Of a stretch of DNA of 64,000 nt, positions 51,294 to 61,549 are shown in pieces. Made by a program: the position numbers and the translations under genes. Within the stretch, counting starts at the first letter, position 1. Every line of letters starts with the position of its first letter. A model generated the notes under the pieces. That model was not told where the DNA came from and did not search any database. It saw only the letters and a program-made list of their open reading frames with translations. Origin of the DNA: Patescibacteria group bacterium (GTDB lineage Bacteria > Patescibacteriota > Patescibacteriia > JAHIZJ01); the NCBI GenBank assembly GCA_028714495.1, contig JAQTMH010000003.1, forward strand, positions 8,496-72,495. The letters run 5' to 3'.

Positions 51294-52046
51294 TCATAAC
51301 TTTTCAGTAATATTGTTATCTTTACCCCTCCCCGAAACCACAACCACGAATTCCCCTCGCACTTTATCCGGATGTTCTTGAAAATATTTCCAGCAGGCCT
51401 CAATCGTTTCGCCAATACGCTCTTCATGTATTTTTGTCGCTTCACGGATTATTACCGTTTGGCGGTCAGGCTTTAAAATTTCTTTGAGCTGATCAAGGGT
51501 CTTCAATATTCGATGCGGCGATTCGTAAAATATTACGGTCATTTCGCTTTCAGAGATCCGCTTAATCAGAGACATTCGCCCCTTTTTGTGGGGTAAAAAG
51601 CCTAAAAACAAAAAATTGTCAGTCGGCAGCCCGGAAAGACTGGCCGCGGCAGCTAAAGCTGACGGCCCTGGTACTGCCACAATGGCTATTCCCGGGAGAC
51701 GCTCGACGACATAACGTATCAAAACATTGCCGGGATCAGATATGCCCGGGGTGCCGGCGTCGGATACTAATGCGAGAGAATCCCCGGCCCGCAGCCTTTC
51801 GACAATCGCGTCTAAGCGATCCAGCCGGCTATGGTGGTGATAGCTGATCAAAGGCCGATGGATCTCAAAATGGCTTAAAAGCTTTTGGGATACGCGGGTG
51901 TCCTCGCAGATAATCGCCGCCGCCTCTTTTAATACCCGTATCGCCCTAGGCGAAACATCCTCCAGATTACCGATTGGCGTAGCCACGACAAAAAGCTTGC
52001 CCATATCATTTTTAGCCCGAGTCAGTAGTTTCGAGCTGGTCATCAC
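51294..52046 (-). CDS. rsmI: 16S rRNA (cytidine1402-2'-O)-methyltransferase RsmI
   Basis: Tetrapyrrole-methylase fold with the GTPGISDPG motif. Confidence 0.85.
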   Translation of the reverse strand: MMTSSKLLTRAKNDMGKLFVVATPIGNLEDVSPRAIRVLKEAAAIICEDTRVSQKLLSHFEIHRPLISYHHHSRLDRLDAIVERLRAGDSLALVSDAGTPGISDPGNVLIRYVVERLPGIAIVAVPGPSALAAAASLSGLPTDNFLFLGFLPHKKGRMSLIKRISESEMTVIFYESPHRILKTLDQLKEILKPDRQTVIIREATKIHEERIGETIEACWKYFQEHPDKVRGEFVVVVSGRGKDNNITEKL

Positions 52047-53076
52047 GATTGCGTTTCTGCCCGAAGAAGTCGCTGGAAAATACCTGGATCACCGCCGCGA
52101 TCGGAATCGCCAGCACCATTCCGATAATACCGCCCAATTTGGCTCCGATCAGCATGGCGATAATAACCACGATTGGATTTAAACCCACTGAACGCTGCAT
52201 GACTTTCGGTACAATCAGATTATTTTCAAGCTGCTGAATCACGATATAGAGAATCAATACCAGAAGCGCCTTTAACGGCGACTGGGCGAAACTCAGGAAA
52301 ATAGCCGGCACCGCGCCGACAATCGGTCCGATGATCGGAACAAATTCTGTCAGACCGGCTATCAAAGCCAGCACCAAAGCGTATTTAACTCCCAGGATCG
52401 TCAAACCGATATATGACATCACAAAAATAATCACGCACAGGAGCAGCTGGCCTCTCAGCCAAGCACCCAGTTTCACGGTAATCCGATTGCCCAAATGAGT
52501 GAGATACGGCTGGTATTGCGATGGCGCCAGGGCATGCACCGTTTTTTTCCAGCCATTGCGTTCCAGGGTCAGATAAAAGGCAATGACCATAATGCTTAGG
52601 AAAGAGGCAAAGCCGCCAAAAACCGCCACCAAGCTTGAGAAAATACCGCTAGCCGCCTTGGTCAGACTTTGATTGATCGCGCCGAGTGACTGCTGGACGC
52701 TCGAAACCAGCGCGGTATCGCCCGATGACGCCTTTAAGGCTTCGAAGCCCTTCACGATCTTATCGTAGTATGAAGGGAAAACCGAGATAATCTGACCGAT
52801 TTGTTCAGACAAAACCGGGATTATTAAAATGACTACCAGGCTGAAAATGCCCAAAAGTATGACGTAGAGAATGGCTGTGCCCAGCACGCGCGGAATCTTT
52901 TTATTTTCGAGCCAATCCACCCAGGGCGTCATGCCGGCGGTAATAATTAGGGAAATGAACAGAATGCCTAGGACATTTTTAATCAGGTACAAAACCCAAA
53001 TTGCCAGGATAATCAAAATTACCTTCAGAATCGAGGTTGTGGAAATCGTTATATTTTGAGTGTTTTTGTCCGCCAT
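52012..53076 (-). CDS. AI-2E family transporter (UPF0118) membrane protein
   Basis: 354 aa with about 8 TM helices and a characteristic Gly/Pro-rich TM core. Confidence 0.65.
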   Translation of the reverse strand: MADKNTQNITISTTSILKVILIILAIWVLYLIKNVLGILFISLIITAGMTPWVDWLENKKIPRVLGTAILYVILLGIFSLVVILIIPVLSEQIGQIISVFPSYYDKIVKGFEALKASSGDTALVSSVQQSLGAINQSLTKAASGIFSSLVAVFGGFASFLSIMVIAFYLTLERNGWKKTVHALAPSQYQPYLTHLGNRITVKLGAWLRGQLLLCVIIFVMSYIGLTILGVKYALVLALIAGLTEFVPIIGPIVGAVPAIFLSFAQSPLKALLVLILYIVIQQLENNLIVPKVMQRSVGLNPIVVIIAMLIGAKLGGIIGMVLAIPIAAVIQVFSSDFFGQKRNRDDQLETTDSG

Positions 53077-53131
53077 ATTTTATATTTAACTATATCCAGT
53101 ATAACGAAAATCGGCCAATGGCGCAAAGTGT

Positions 53132-54409
53132 CTATAACCGCCCTCTGACGGCTCCTCGAATCTTGCTAATATCACCGATCGGGCCAATCAGGGCAATATT
53201 CAGCTTCGATTGCCGGAATATCTGTTTCGCAATTTTATTTATTTCGCTTCTGGTAACTTTCTTTATCCTGTTATAACGTTCCTCGGGTGTGATAATCTTG
53301 CCTTCAAGCGCCTCTTGCCGGCCATACCAGACAGCCAGATTGCTCGAATCCTCCAGCTCTAGAACAGTTTTTCCGCGAATGAATTCCTTAGCCTTTCGCA
53401 GCTCTGCCTGAGTAACCGGCTCTTTAACCACCTCTTCTAATTCTTTGAGGATCGCTTCGATCGCCTGAACCAATCGTGATTTATCCAAACCGGCCTGGAT
53501 TAAAAATGTTCCATTATCTTCATAAAAATTGGCGTCGGCTCTAATGTAATAAGCTAAACCCTGACGCTCCCGGATCGAAATAAACAGGCGTGAGCTCATG
53601 TTGCCGCCGAGAATTATCGTTAGCAGGCCGAGGGCGTAACGCCGAGGATCAGAACTCGCCAGAGTGGGAAATCCCAGACACAATTGAATCTGCTCGGTTT
53701 TCTTTTTAATTAAATTTATCCTAAGAGTCGGCTGTTTTGTCTTTTGGGACAGTAATTTCTTTTCAATGTTTCCCGGCTTGAGTTTGGAAAAATACCGGTT
53801 AACTTTTTTTGTAATCTCGGCTTTGACTGGCCCGGCCACCACGATGACAGCCCGCTTCGCCAGGTAATGACGGGCGTAATAATCGATTATCTGAGACCGG
53901 GATAGTTTTTTCACGCTGGCGCGGCTTCCGATAATCAGGCGGCCGAGCGGGTGGTCTTTGCCAAACACGGTTTGTTCGAAAACATCCTCGACGTACATTA
54001 GCGGATTGTCTTCGTACATGTTTATTTCCTCGGCAATCACGCCCTTTTCACGCTCGATCTCCCGAGGATCAAAAAGCGAATTTTGGAGCATGTCCGAAAG
54101 CATGTCCAGGGCGAGGTCCAGCCGCTCGTAATTTATTTTTATGTAATAGCCCGTGTGATCCTTGGTGGTAAAAGCGTTATATTCCGCGCCAACCTCGTCC
54201 AGGGCTTTTGATATGTCCAGCGTTGACGGACGACGCTTGGTGCCTTTGAACATCAGATGTTCGAGAAAATGCGAAACCCCGCCCCAGCCTCTATTTTCCT
54301 GGCGCGAGCCGACCTTAAATATTATCAAAACCGTCACGGCCTTGGTCTCCTTAACCGGTACGGTAATTACCCGCAGGCCGTTCGCCAGTACTTTTTTATA
54401 ATATCTCAT
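53132..54409 (-). CDS. M16-family (pitrilysin/insulinase-like) zinc peptidase
   Basis: Inverted zinc motif HFLEHLMFKGT (HxxEH). Confidence 0.85.
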   Translation of the reverse strand: MRYYKKVLANGLRVITVPVKETKAVTVLIIFKVGSRQENRGWGGVSHFLEHLMFKGTKRRPSTLDISKALDEVGAEYNAFTTKDHTGYYIKINYERLDLALDMLSDMLQNSLFDPREIEREKGVIAEEINMYEDNPLMYVEDVFEQTVFGKDHPLGRLIIGSRASVKKLSRSQIIDYYARHYLAKRAVIVVAGPVKAEITKKVNRYFSKLKPGNIEKKLLSQKTKQPTLRINLIKKKTEQIQLCLGFPTLASSDPRRYALGLLTIILGGNMSSRLFISIRERQGLAYYIRADANFYEDNGTFLIQAGLDKSRLVQAIEAILKELEEVVKEPVTQAELRKAKEFIRGKTVLELEDSSNLAVWYGRQEALEGKIITPEERYNRIKKVTRSEINKIAKQIFRQSKLNIALIGPIGDISKIRGAVRGRL

Positions 54410-55736
54410 TAAGCTTGTGGTTTAAATACTTTGACAGCTCAGCCATGGGGACGCGCTCTTGCTCCATCGTGTCTCGGTCGCGAACCGTAACCTTTTTATC
54501 GTTGAGCGATTCAAAATCAACCGTGACGCAGTAAGGCGTGCCAATTTCATCCTGCCGGCGGTAGCGTCGGCCGATTGAAGCCACATCGTCATAGGCTGAG
54601 ATAAAATTCTTTCTGATCGCCTCGTATAGATCGTTCGCCACCTTGGCCAGGTCGGTTTTCTTTGACAGCGGCAGAACCGCGACTTTTATCGGCGCTAAAC
54701 TTTTATGCAGATGAAGCACTACTTCCTTTTCTTTATTGCTCTCCGTTGTCGTGGTTCGGCCGCCCTTAACTTCATCATAGGCATCCAACAGAAACGCCAG
54801 GGCTGACCGCTCCACCCCGAATGACGGTTCGATCACATAAGGCACAAATTCACCGCTCTCATCCTTATACTTAAGTCCGTGCGCCTTCAGATCAAAATCG
54901 GTCCGGTTCGCCACGCCCATAAGCTCGGCCCAGCCTTTATCCCCGGCTCCGGTCGAAAACGGCCAATTATATTCAACGTCAACCGTGGCCTTGGCATAAT
55001 GGGCTAGCTCATCTTTGGCCTGTTCGTGCTCGCGCAAATTCTCTTTTTTAATTCCCAAATCCAAAAACCATTTTATCGTTTCCTTCACCCAATAACTGAA
55101 CCACCGGTCGTCTTCTTTCGGATTGACGAAATATTCCAGCTCCATCTGCTCGAATTCCCGAGTCCGGAAAACAAAATTGCCCGGGGTGATTTCATTGCGG
55201 AAGGCTTTGCCGATCTGGGCAATGCCGAATGGAACCTTTAAACGCGAAGTTTGGGCAATTGTTTCAAAATTCACATAAATATTTTGAGCGGTTTCCGGCC
55301 GCAAATACGCGACTGAAGTTGAGGCTTCGACCGGTCCGACAAACGTCTTAAACATGAGATTAAAATCCCTGGCTGGCTCAAAAACGCTTTTACCGCAATC
55401 CGGGCACTGGTTACTTTCTTTGATGTCTTCCTGCTTAAAACGATGGTGGCAATATTTGCATTCAACCAGCTTGTCTGCGAAACCGCCGATGTGCCCACTC
55501 TTTTTCCAAACCTCGGGATTCGTGACGATCGCGCTGTCCAAGCCAACGACATCGCGCCGCTCCTGGACAAACCGTTTCCACCACTCGCGCTTAATATTGT
55601 TTTTCAATTCAACTCCCAGCGGACCCCAGTCCCAGAAACCGCCCAGGCCGCCGTATTTTTCCGCTGTCGGAAATATAAAACCTCGGCGCTTAGCTAGCGA
55701 GACAATCTTTTCCATTAAATCGTTTTCTCTTGACAT
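54396..55736 (-). CDS. glyQS: glycine--tRNA ligase (dimeric alpha2 type)
   Basis: N-terminus IVSLAKRRGFIFPTAEKYGGLGGFWDWGPLG and class II motifs. 446 aa. Confidence 0.9.
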   Translation of the reverse strand: MSRENDLMEKIVSLAKRRGFIFPTAEKYGGLGGFWDWGPLGVELKNNIKREWWKRFVQERRDVVGLDSAIVTNPEVWKKSGHIGGFADKLVECKYCHHRFKQEDIKESNQCPDCGKSVFEPARDFNLMFKTFVGPVEASTSVAYLRPETAQNIYVNFETIAQTSRLKVPFGIAQIGKAFRNEITPGNFVFRTREFEQMELEYFVNPKEDDRWFSYWVKETIKWFLDLGIKKENLREHEQAKDELAHYAKATVDVEYNWPFSTGAGDKGWAELMGVANRTDFDLKAHGLKYKDESGEFVPYVIEPSFGVERSALAFLLDAYDEVKGGRTTTTESNKEKEVVLHLHKSLAPIKVAVLPLSKKTDLAKVANDLYEAIRKNFISAYDDVASIGRRYRRQDEIGTPYCVTVDFESLNDKKVTVRDRDTMEQERVPMAELSKYLNHKLNEIL

Positions 55737-56015
55737 TTAAAGCGTTATTGTTAATATATCAACATCGCACATCCTGGCTGTCTTCACAATCTTCCCGGGC
55801 GCATCAGCCGGAACTACCCAGACCTCTTATCGGGGCTTCGATCCACCTCTGGCCAGGTGGCCCTCCTACCTCGATAATGTCTGGGTGTTTTTTTTATTAC
55901 CTAAATATTATAACTAAATTTGGCAAAAAAAGCAAAAAACCAGCGTGCGCAATCTAAGTAGCGAGGGTCTTTAGACCCGATAGCCATTTCAATAATTCTA
56001 TTTAGCTGGAACTGC

Positions 56016-56051
56016 AAAAAAATACCCTTAAAGTAATCATACTCTAAGGGT
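56016..56051 (-). terminator. intrinsic terminator
   Basis: On the minus strand ACCCTTA ... TAAGGGT then ATTTTTTTGCAG. Confidence 0.4.
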
Positions 56052-56287
56052 TTGATCTCTACTTGAGGTCAATGAGCGCGGCAGTACCGCCGAAGCCGCA
56101 AGCTCTGCACAACACCCTGACTTGGTCATTACCCAGCTTTCTCCAGCGAGCTGGACTGAAACAACTCGGACAGGTTATTGAACCGGACTGTTTCTGTCCG
56201 CTAGCCAGATGGCGTTCGATGCCGAGTGCCTGTTGTTTCAGTAAACCTCTCAGGGGTTCGGCTAACTGAAGCTATTTACTGGCCATG

Positions 56288-57535
56288 TTATCCCTCCTGA
56301 GGTTCAAGTTCAGCCAGGTTTCCCGTCATCAGGGCTGAGGCGCGTTTCAATTCCTCGCGGAAATATCCGGGATCACCGACTGTCCCCTTTCCCCAACAAT
56401 CAAGCGCTGCTTCGGTAATAACCAATACCTCAGACCTGATTTGCCGGCTAAAGCCTGACTCGTCAATTGACCTGACAATCTGGGTAGCCGCGTAAAGGTC
56501 TCGCTTGATGGCTTCATAGGCAATGCGTTTCCATCCTCCCAAAATGGATATAAGCAGCCGGTAGATCACACGTTCAACTAGAATCTGGGCTTGCTTGATC
56601 CGGGCTGACATCAAGGCGCGGGTGATCAAAGAGCGGAACTCACGCCACTCCCCAGAAGCCAAACAGGCAGCTGCGCTTCGAAGCTCCCTGGCGCAGTAGC
56701 GGGCATTGACCACATAGGGATAGTAATCAATCCCATCCAAGCGCTGGGCCATTTCCCAGAGATGGCCTTGGAGGCGACGAACATCAATTCGGCTCATCCC
56801 TCGCAAGGCTCTCGGCCTCAACGACTTGTCGCAGAGATCAATCAGATCTCCGAAAATCCACTCAGCCCACTGAATCAGATTGATGAAGACCTGGCGTCGC
56901 ATGACCACAATCGGCTCAACCCGCATAATCGCCTCGAGCAGCCGTTCATCAGTGAGTTCAACGGTCCTTAGTGCTTCGACTATGAGGGCACCGGGATTTG
57001 CTCGACCGAGCGAATCCTCCGCCCGCTCAAGTTTCGCAAGAATCCGCTGAATTTCCCGCTTAGGTAGAGATCTGGGTTTGGTCATACCAGGTTGTTCCAG
57101 GATCTCCCGAATCAGTGGCTGGAGACTGGCCCGCACTTCTTCAACATTATGCTGTCTCAAACCAACCACCGCTGAATTGATGCGCTGGCCTAAGGTCCGG
57201 GCCTCCAAGACCACGCTTTTTTCACCCTGCTTCAGTGTCAGACCGTACTGATGACACACGATCACCTGCTGACGAAGAGCCTTGTACGCGCCACCAACAA
57301 CCTGGCACCTCAAGTCAGTCGGTTCCCAGCGATAACGCTGGCGACGACCAACTGGCAATTGGCTCAAAACATCTTCCCAGCGCGGCACCAGAAGGCAACC
57401 AGCCAAGTCAATTGGTTCGGTTGCCACTCCGATATCCGTGCCGAAGAGATTAACCCGAGCTTGGACCACACCTGGACGGTCGTCTGCGCCATAAACCCTC
57501 ACTTCTTCAATCCGTCTGCTGCCAATCGGCTTCAT
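56288..57535 (-). CDS. hypothetical protein, Arg-rich and GC-rich (415 aa)
   Basis: About 55% GC in a 43% background. The protein is helical. Rx4-6H patterns (RRLQGH, RQQVIVCH) are present but not diagnostic. Confidence 0.55.
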   Translation of the reverse strand: MKPIGSRRIEEVRVYGADDRPGVVQARVNLFGTDIGVATEPIDLAGCLLVPRWEDVLSQLPVGRRQRYRWEPTDLRCQVVGGAYKALRQQVIVCHQYGLTLKQGEKSVVLEARTLGQRINSAVVGLRQHNVEEVRASLQPLIREILEQPGMTKPRSLPKREIQRILAKLERAEDSLGRANPGALIVEALRTVELTDERLLEAIMRVEPIVVMRRQVFINLIQWAEWIFGDLIDLCDKSLRPRALRGMSRIDVRRLQGHLWEMAQRLDGIDYYPYVVNARYCARELRSAAACLASGEWREFRSLITRALMSARIKQAQILVERVIYRLLISILGGWKRIAYEAIKRDLYAATQIVRSIDESGFSRQIRSEVLVITEAALDCWGKGTVGDPGYFREELKRASALMTGNLAELEPQEG

Positions 57536-57670
57536 CTAACTCCCCTCCTCTTTATAGATTGTAAGGTGCAATTCAGAAGTCAATCTTAATTAATATGTTG
57601 CCAAAAGTCAATAAAAAAGACCAGCATTGTTACTACTGGTCGCTGAAAGTGCTTTGGCTGTTCTCAGCCA

Positions 57671-58114
57671 TTAGAACCGGCCCCGCTCACCCAAGGTTCG
57701 TATTTCTAATGACGAGGAAGTAATCTCGGGCAGTGGTTCGGGTCCCTGAATGGCAAACCCGCCTACTACCTTTACCAGAAAACTTCCGCTATCAACAAGA
57801 AATCCGTCGTTCTGGATTCTCCTCTCGCTGATGTGGGTGATTCGTCCGCTTGGCAATTGCACAGCCAGTTCGTTAGTCAATCCCGCCTCATCTGTTGTTT
57901 GGTACTTGGCCAAGACCAGGACCGTCTCGCCCAGTCGAGCTTCAAACCGATAGCGATTGATAGCCAGACAAATACCGGTGGCCGACGCGCTGACTGTCAA
58001 AACCAGCTCAAGAATTACAAACCAGAACTGTTTCTGATCCGGCTCAAACCAGGTGTTGATACAGATGAAAGCAACTGTGGTGATCAAGCCCCAGATTACT
58101 ATCTTCCAGTTCAT
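57671..58114 (-). CDS. hypothetical membrane protein (2 N-terminal TM helices plus a soluble domain)
   Basis: The probable start is MNWKIVIWGLITTVAFI. GC-rich like its neighbour. Confidence 0.45.
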   Translation of the reverse strand: MNWKIVIWGLITTVAFICINTWFEPDQKQFWFVILELVLTVSASATGICLAINRYRFEARLGETVLVLAKYQTTDEAGLTNELAVQLPSGRITHISERRIQNDGFLVDSGSFLVKVVGGFAIQGPEPLPEITSSSLEIRTLGERGRF

Positions 58115-58238
58115 CTTTCTGCCCTCCAGTTTTATTCCCAAAGAACAAACGCAACCCCCAGTATTATCCAAAAAGAATAATTGTCAAGCGCTTAAAATTA
58201 AAACAACCATAAGTTGTTTTAATTTATAGATTAATAAT

Positions 58239-60989
58239 CTATAATCTCTCTGCCTTCTCTACCCGAATGACACCGCCCGGTTCAAGCACTGCCACGTCGC
58301 GCCTGGTAAGCTTGCCCTGGAGCAAATGATTAGCCAAGGCGTTATCAACCTTGTTCTGAATCACTCGGCGGAGCGGCCTGGCGCCAAAAGCCGGGTCATA
58401 CCCTTCCTGGACCAATTCAGCAATCGCTTCAGGCGTGGCTTTGAGCGAAATCCCCTTTTCTTCCAGTCGGCCGGCTACTTTGCCTAGCAACAATTCAGCC
58501 ACTTGATATAGCTCTTCTTGGGCTAACGGCCGAAAGACCATTATTCCGTCAAAACGGTTTAGAAATTCCGGTCGAAAATACTTGCTCAATTCAGTATTGA
58601 TAAGTTCGTCGCGTATCTCCATAATCGGTTTATTCTCTCTGACCCGTTGCTGGATCAACGGCGTGCCGGCATTTGAAGTCGCAATCAGAATTATATTTGT
58701 GAAGTCTATAGTCCGGCCAAGCGAATCAGTCAGCCGGCCGTCATCCATTACCTGAAGAAAGACGTTTAAAATATCAGGGTGGGCTTTTTCGATTTCATCC
58801 AGCAGCAGCAGGGAAAAAGGCTGTCGTCGGACCGCTTCGGTGAGATAGCCACCCTCTTCGCCCTTAGTCAGGCCCGGCGGCGCGCCGATTAAGCGGTCAA
58901 TGCTTTTGCTTTCCTGATACTCAGACATATCAACCCGGATCATCGCTTCTTCAGAACCGAAATATACTTCAGCCACGGTTTTGGCCAATTCGGTTTTACC
59001 TACGCCAGTCGGCCCCAGAAAAAGCAAATTGACAATCGGCCGTTTCAAATCTCTCAGTTCAGCGCGCGCCCGGCGCAATGATTCAGCCACCATTTTGACT
59101 GCCTCGTCTTGGCCGACCAACCGCCCGTGAATCCGTTCTTCGAGATGAAGCAGTTTCTGGCTCTCCTTTTCCGTCACCTTGGTCACCGGCACGCCGACTT
59201 TGGCTGAAACCACCTGGGCGACATCTTCGCTAGTGACTATCTTGCGCTTGCCTCGTGTACGCCGAACATAGGCGCCCACTTCTTCCATGAACTGAGTCGC
59301 CTTTTCCGGCAAATATCGTTCGTGGATAAAACGCTGGCTGAACTTTACTATGGCCGCGATCGCGTCATAAGAAAAATAAACTTGCTGCTGGTATTCCACT
59401 ACGCCGGCCTTTGCCTCCAGTACCAGGATCGTCTGGTTTTCGTCCATTTCCTCCACTGGAATTCGGCGCAGGCACGCGCCCAGCGCGCCAGTCTCAACAT
59501 AGCGGCGATATTCGATTGGGTTTGACGTGGCGATGACAATGAAAGATTTTTTATTGACATACTCTGTAAAAACCTCGGACAAATCAAGACCCTCGCCCCG
59601 CTCGGTCGTCACGCCAACCATATTATGAATATCCTGGACGACCAAGATAATATTCCCCGAACGAATTACGTCAGCTAAAATTCCCAGCAAGCGTTGCTCC
59701 AATTCCCCGGGCGCGCTGGCCCCGGCGATTAATGAACTTAAACTAAGGCTGACCAATCTCTTGTCGCGGAAAAGCTCCGGAACGTCTTCAGTGACCATGC
59801 GTTCAGCCAGGCCGGCGATAATTGTGCGACGGCCTACCCCGGGATTGCCGATCAAAACGACTCCATTTGATTCTGATTCAACCGCCCGGTAGATTGACTC
59901 GATTTCTTGTTCCCGGTTAACGCAGTATGGCAGATATCCGGCCTTAGCCAGCTGGGTCAAATCAGTGCTGAAACGGTCGAGAAAAGGCGTGGCTACGGCT
60001 GTCATTGCCCGGTTCATATTGCCCTTTGGTTTAAATCTGGCTTGGCTGCGATAATGGCTCATATTTCGCCGTAAAGCCGACTGAATGTTAATCCAGATCA
60101 CAACGTTTCTGAGTTCTTCCAGCTCGATATCTAAATCGTATAGCACTGCTTGAGCCTCGCGTCCGGTTTTCATCATCGCGGTCAGTAAATCCGGTATCTC
60201 AACGGCTTTTGACCGGCGACGATAGGCTTCCTCGTAGGCGCCGAAGAGAAGCTGGTAAAATCCTTGGGACAAAGGAGGGCTGCCCCCGCTTGCGCCGTTC
60301 TTGGCCTTTAGGGTACGATTGACTTTGTCCGACAAAACCTTCATCGTCACGCCCAGTCTGGCAAAAACCAGCTGGACATCCTTGTGCCGGCAAATGACCG
60401 ACAGCAAATGCAGCGGTTCGACGGCCGGATGTTTTAACGCGTGCCCCAGATTAACCGCCCGCTCTATGGCTTTCAATGACTCGCGCGTAAAAAAGTGCGA
60501 GACGTCAATCCATTGCCGCTGGGGTATCCCGGCAATTACCGAGAAATCCACCCGGGCCAGCTGACTCGGCGCCGGCGGGGCTCGCCTGATTATTTTCTGC
60601 TTCTGTGATTCCCAGGACAAGCGGAAAAATACATATTCAAAAACCAACACCGCCACCCAGAACAGGAAAAATTCCGGCGCCCGCGTCTCCCAAATCGTTT
60701 CCAGAGAAACATCGCCGGACCAAACCTGGGAGAGCTTCCAAAAACCCAGGAGCAGGCCAAAAGCTCCAAAGATTATCAAAATCGAGAGATATACTTTTTG
60801 GCTGAATTCTTTTAATCTGGTCAGCCAAAGGCTAAATTCGTTAATGGGCCTCTTCCAATAAATCACCTGTCCGTTGAACCAGCCCAAAAGACTGCCTGCT
60901 TGTTCGGCCTTTTTATTCCCTCGGTTGCCGGCTGGGCCAGACCAGGGAAAATATTGGATTGGAGGAATTGTGATATTTGGTCCTGGCAT
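58239..60989 (-). CDS. ClpA/ClpB/ClpC-family AAA+ ATPase with an N-terminal transmembrane region and a degenerate D1 Walker A
   Basis: D2 has the canonical FLGPTGVGKTELAK and LLLDEIEKAH. D1 has GNPGVGRRT, where R replaces the Walker A K. Two N-terminal hydrophobic helices are present, and a Clp N-domain-like repeat. Confidence 0.8.
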   Translation of the reverse strand: MPGPNITIPPIQYFPWSGPAGNRGNKKAEQAGSLLGWFNGQVIYWKRPINEFSLWLTRLKEFSQKVYLSILIIFGAFGLLLGFWKLSQVWSGDVSLETIWETRAPEFFLFWVAVLVFEYVFFRLSWESQKQKIIRRAPPAPSQLARVDFSVIAGIPQRQWIDVSHFFTRESLKAIERAVNLGHALKHPAVEPLHLLSVICRHKDVQLVFARLGVTMKVLSDKVNRTLKAKNGASGGSPPLSQGFYQLLFGAYEEAYRRRSKAVEIPDLLTAMMKTGREAQAVLYDLDIELEELRNVVIWINIQSALRRNMSHYRSQARFKPKGNMNRAMTAVATPFLDRFSTDLTQLAKAGYLPYCVNREQEIESIYRAVESESNGVVLIGNPGVGRRTIIAGLAERMVTEDVPELFRDKRLVSLSLSSLIAGASAPGELEQRLLGILADVIRSGNIILVVQDIHNMVGVTTERGEGLDLSEVFTEYVNKKSFIVIATSNPIEYRRYVETGALGACLRRIPVEEMDENQTILVLEAKAGVVEYQQQVYFSYDAIAAIVKFSQRFIHERYLPEKATQFMEEVGAYVRRTRGKRKIVTSEDVAQVVSAKVGVPVTKVTEKESQKLLHLEERIHGRLVGQDEAVKMVAESLRRARAELRDLKRPIVNLLFLGPTGVGKTELAKTVAEVYFGSEEAMIRVDMSEYQESKSIDRLIGAPPGLTKGEEGGYLTEAVRRQPFSLLLLDEIEKAHPDILNVFLQVMDDGRLTDSLGRTIDFTNIILIATSNAGTPLIQQRVRENKPIMEIRDELINTELSKYFRPEFLNRFDGIMVFRPLAQEELYQVAELLLGKVAGRLEEKGISLKATPEAIAELVQEGYDPAFGARPLRRVIQNKVDNALANHLLQGKLTRRDVAVLEPGGVIRVEKAERL

Positions 60990-60991
60990 AT

Positions 60992-61357
60992 TTACAAGCC
61001 CTGGCTATTAAGAAAAACTATATAGATAGTGGCTGGCAATAGAACCAGCCAACCGACCAATAACAAAAGATTGGCTAAAGTAACTAGAGCCAACACTGCC
61101 AACATCACTAAGAGGTGGACAAACCTGACAACCAAACTTATTGCCCGGCCGCTCTTCGTGTAGTCGGCGTACATCGGTTTGAAGAAATACCTGAAAAGAA
61201 TACCGATGGCGAGCGCTTTTTCCGCGTTCGAAATATTTCTGAAAATCAAACCAGCCGCCTGTTTGGTGCCGCGGGTATACCACCAAATCGGGAAGTAAAT
61301 AATGCTTCCCAAGATATCCACTACCACAAATTTGACTGCGGAGAGTATAAAAACCAT
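60992..61357 (-). CDS. hypothetical membrane protein
   Basis: 121 aa with 3 TM helices. Adjacent to the Clp-like gene with a 3-bp gap. Confidence 0.45.
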   Translation of the reverse strand: MVFILSAVKFVVVDILGSIIYFPIWWYTRGTKQAAGLIFRNISNAEKALAIGILFRYFFKPMYADYTKSGRAISLVVRFVHLLVMLAVLALVTLANLLLLVGWLVLLPATIYIVFLNSQGL

Positions 61358-61549
61358 GGATTTTTTCTTTGGCTGTTTTAATTATATCATTTTTTTAGAA
61401 TTTTGGCAAGGAGATTGAAACAAAAAAAGAAGGAGCGGATTCTCTCGGATTACAGCGCTGAACAGGTGTTCATGCGCCTCATCGCTTGAGAGTTTCCGCC
61501 CCAGGGCTTGGCTTGGCATTTTGGCATTGGCAAGGATCAGTGAACTTGG

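Noticed and set aside
55737-56010. T-box riboswitch leader for glyQS
   Set aside because: No match to the T-box antiterminator core (AAUUAGGGUGGUACCGCG) on the glyS-sense strand. Only generic hairpins are present.
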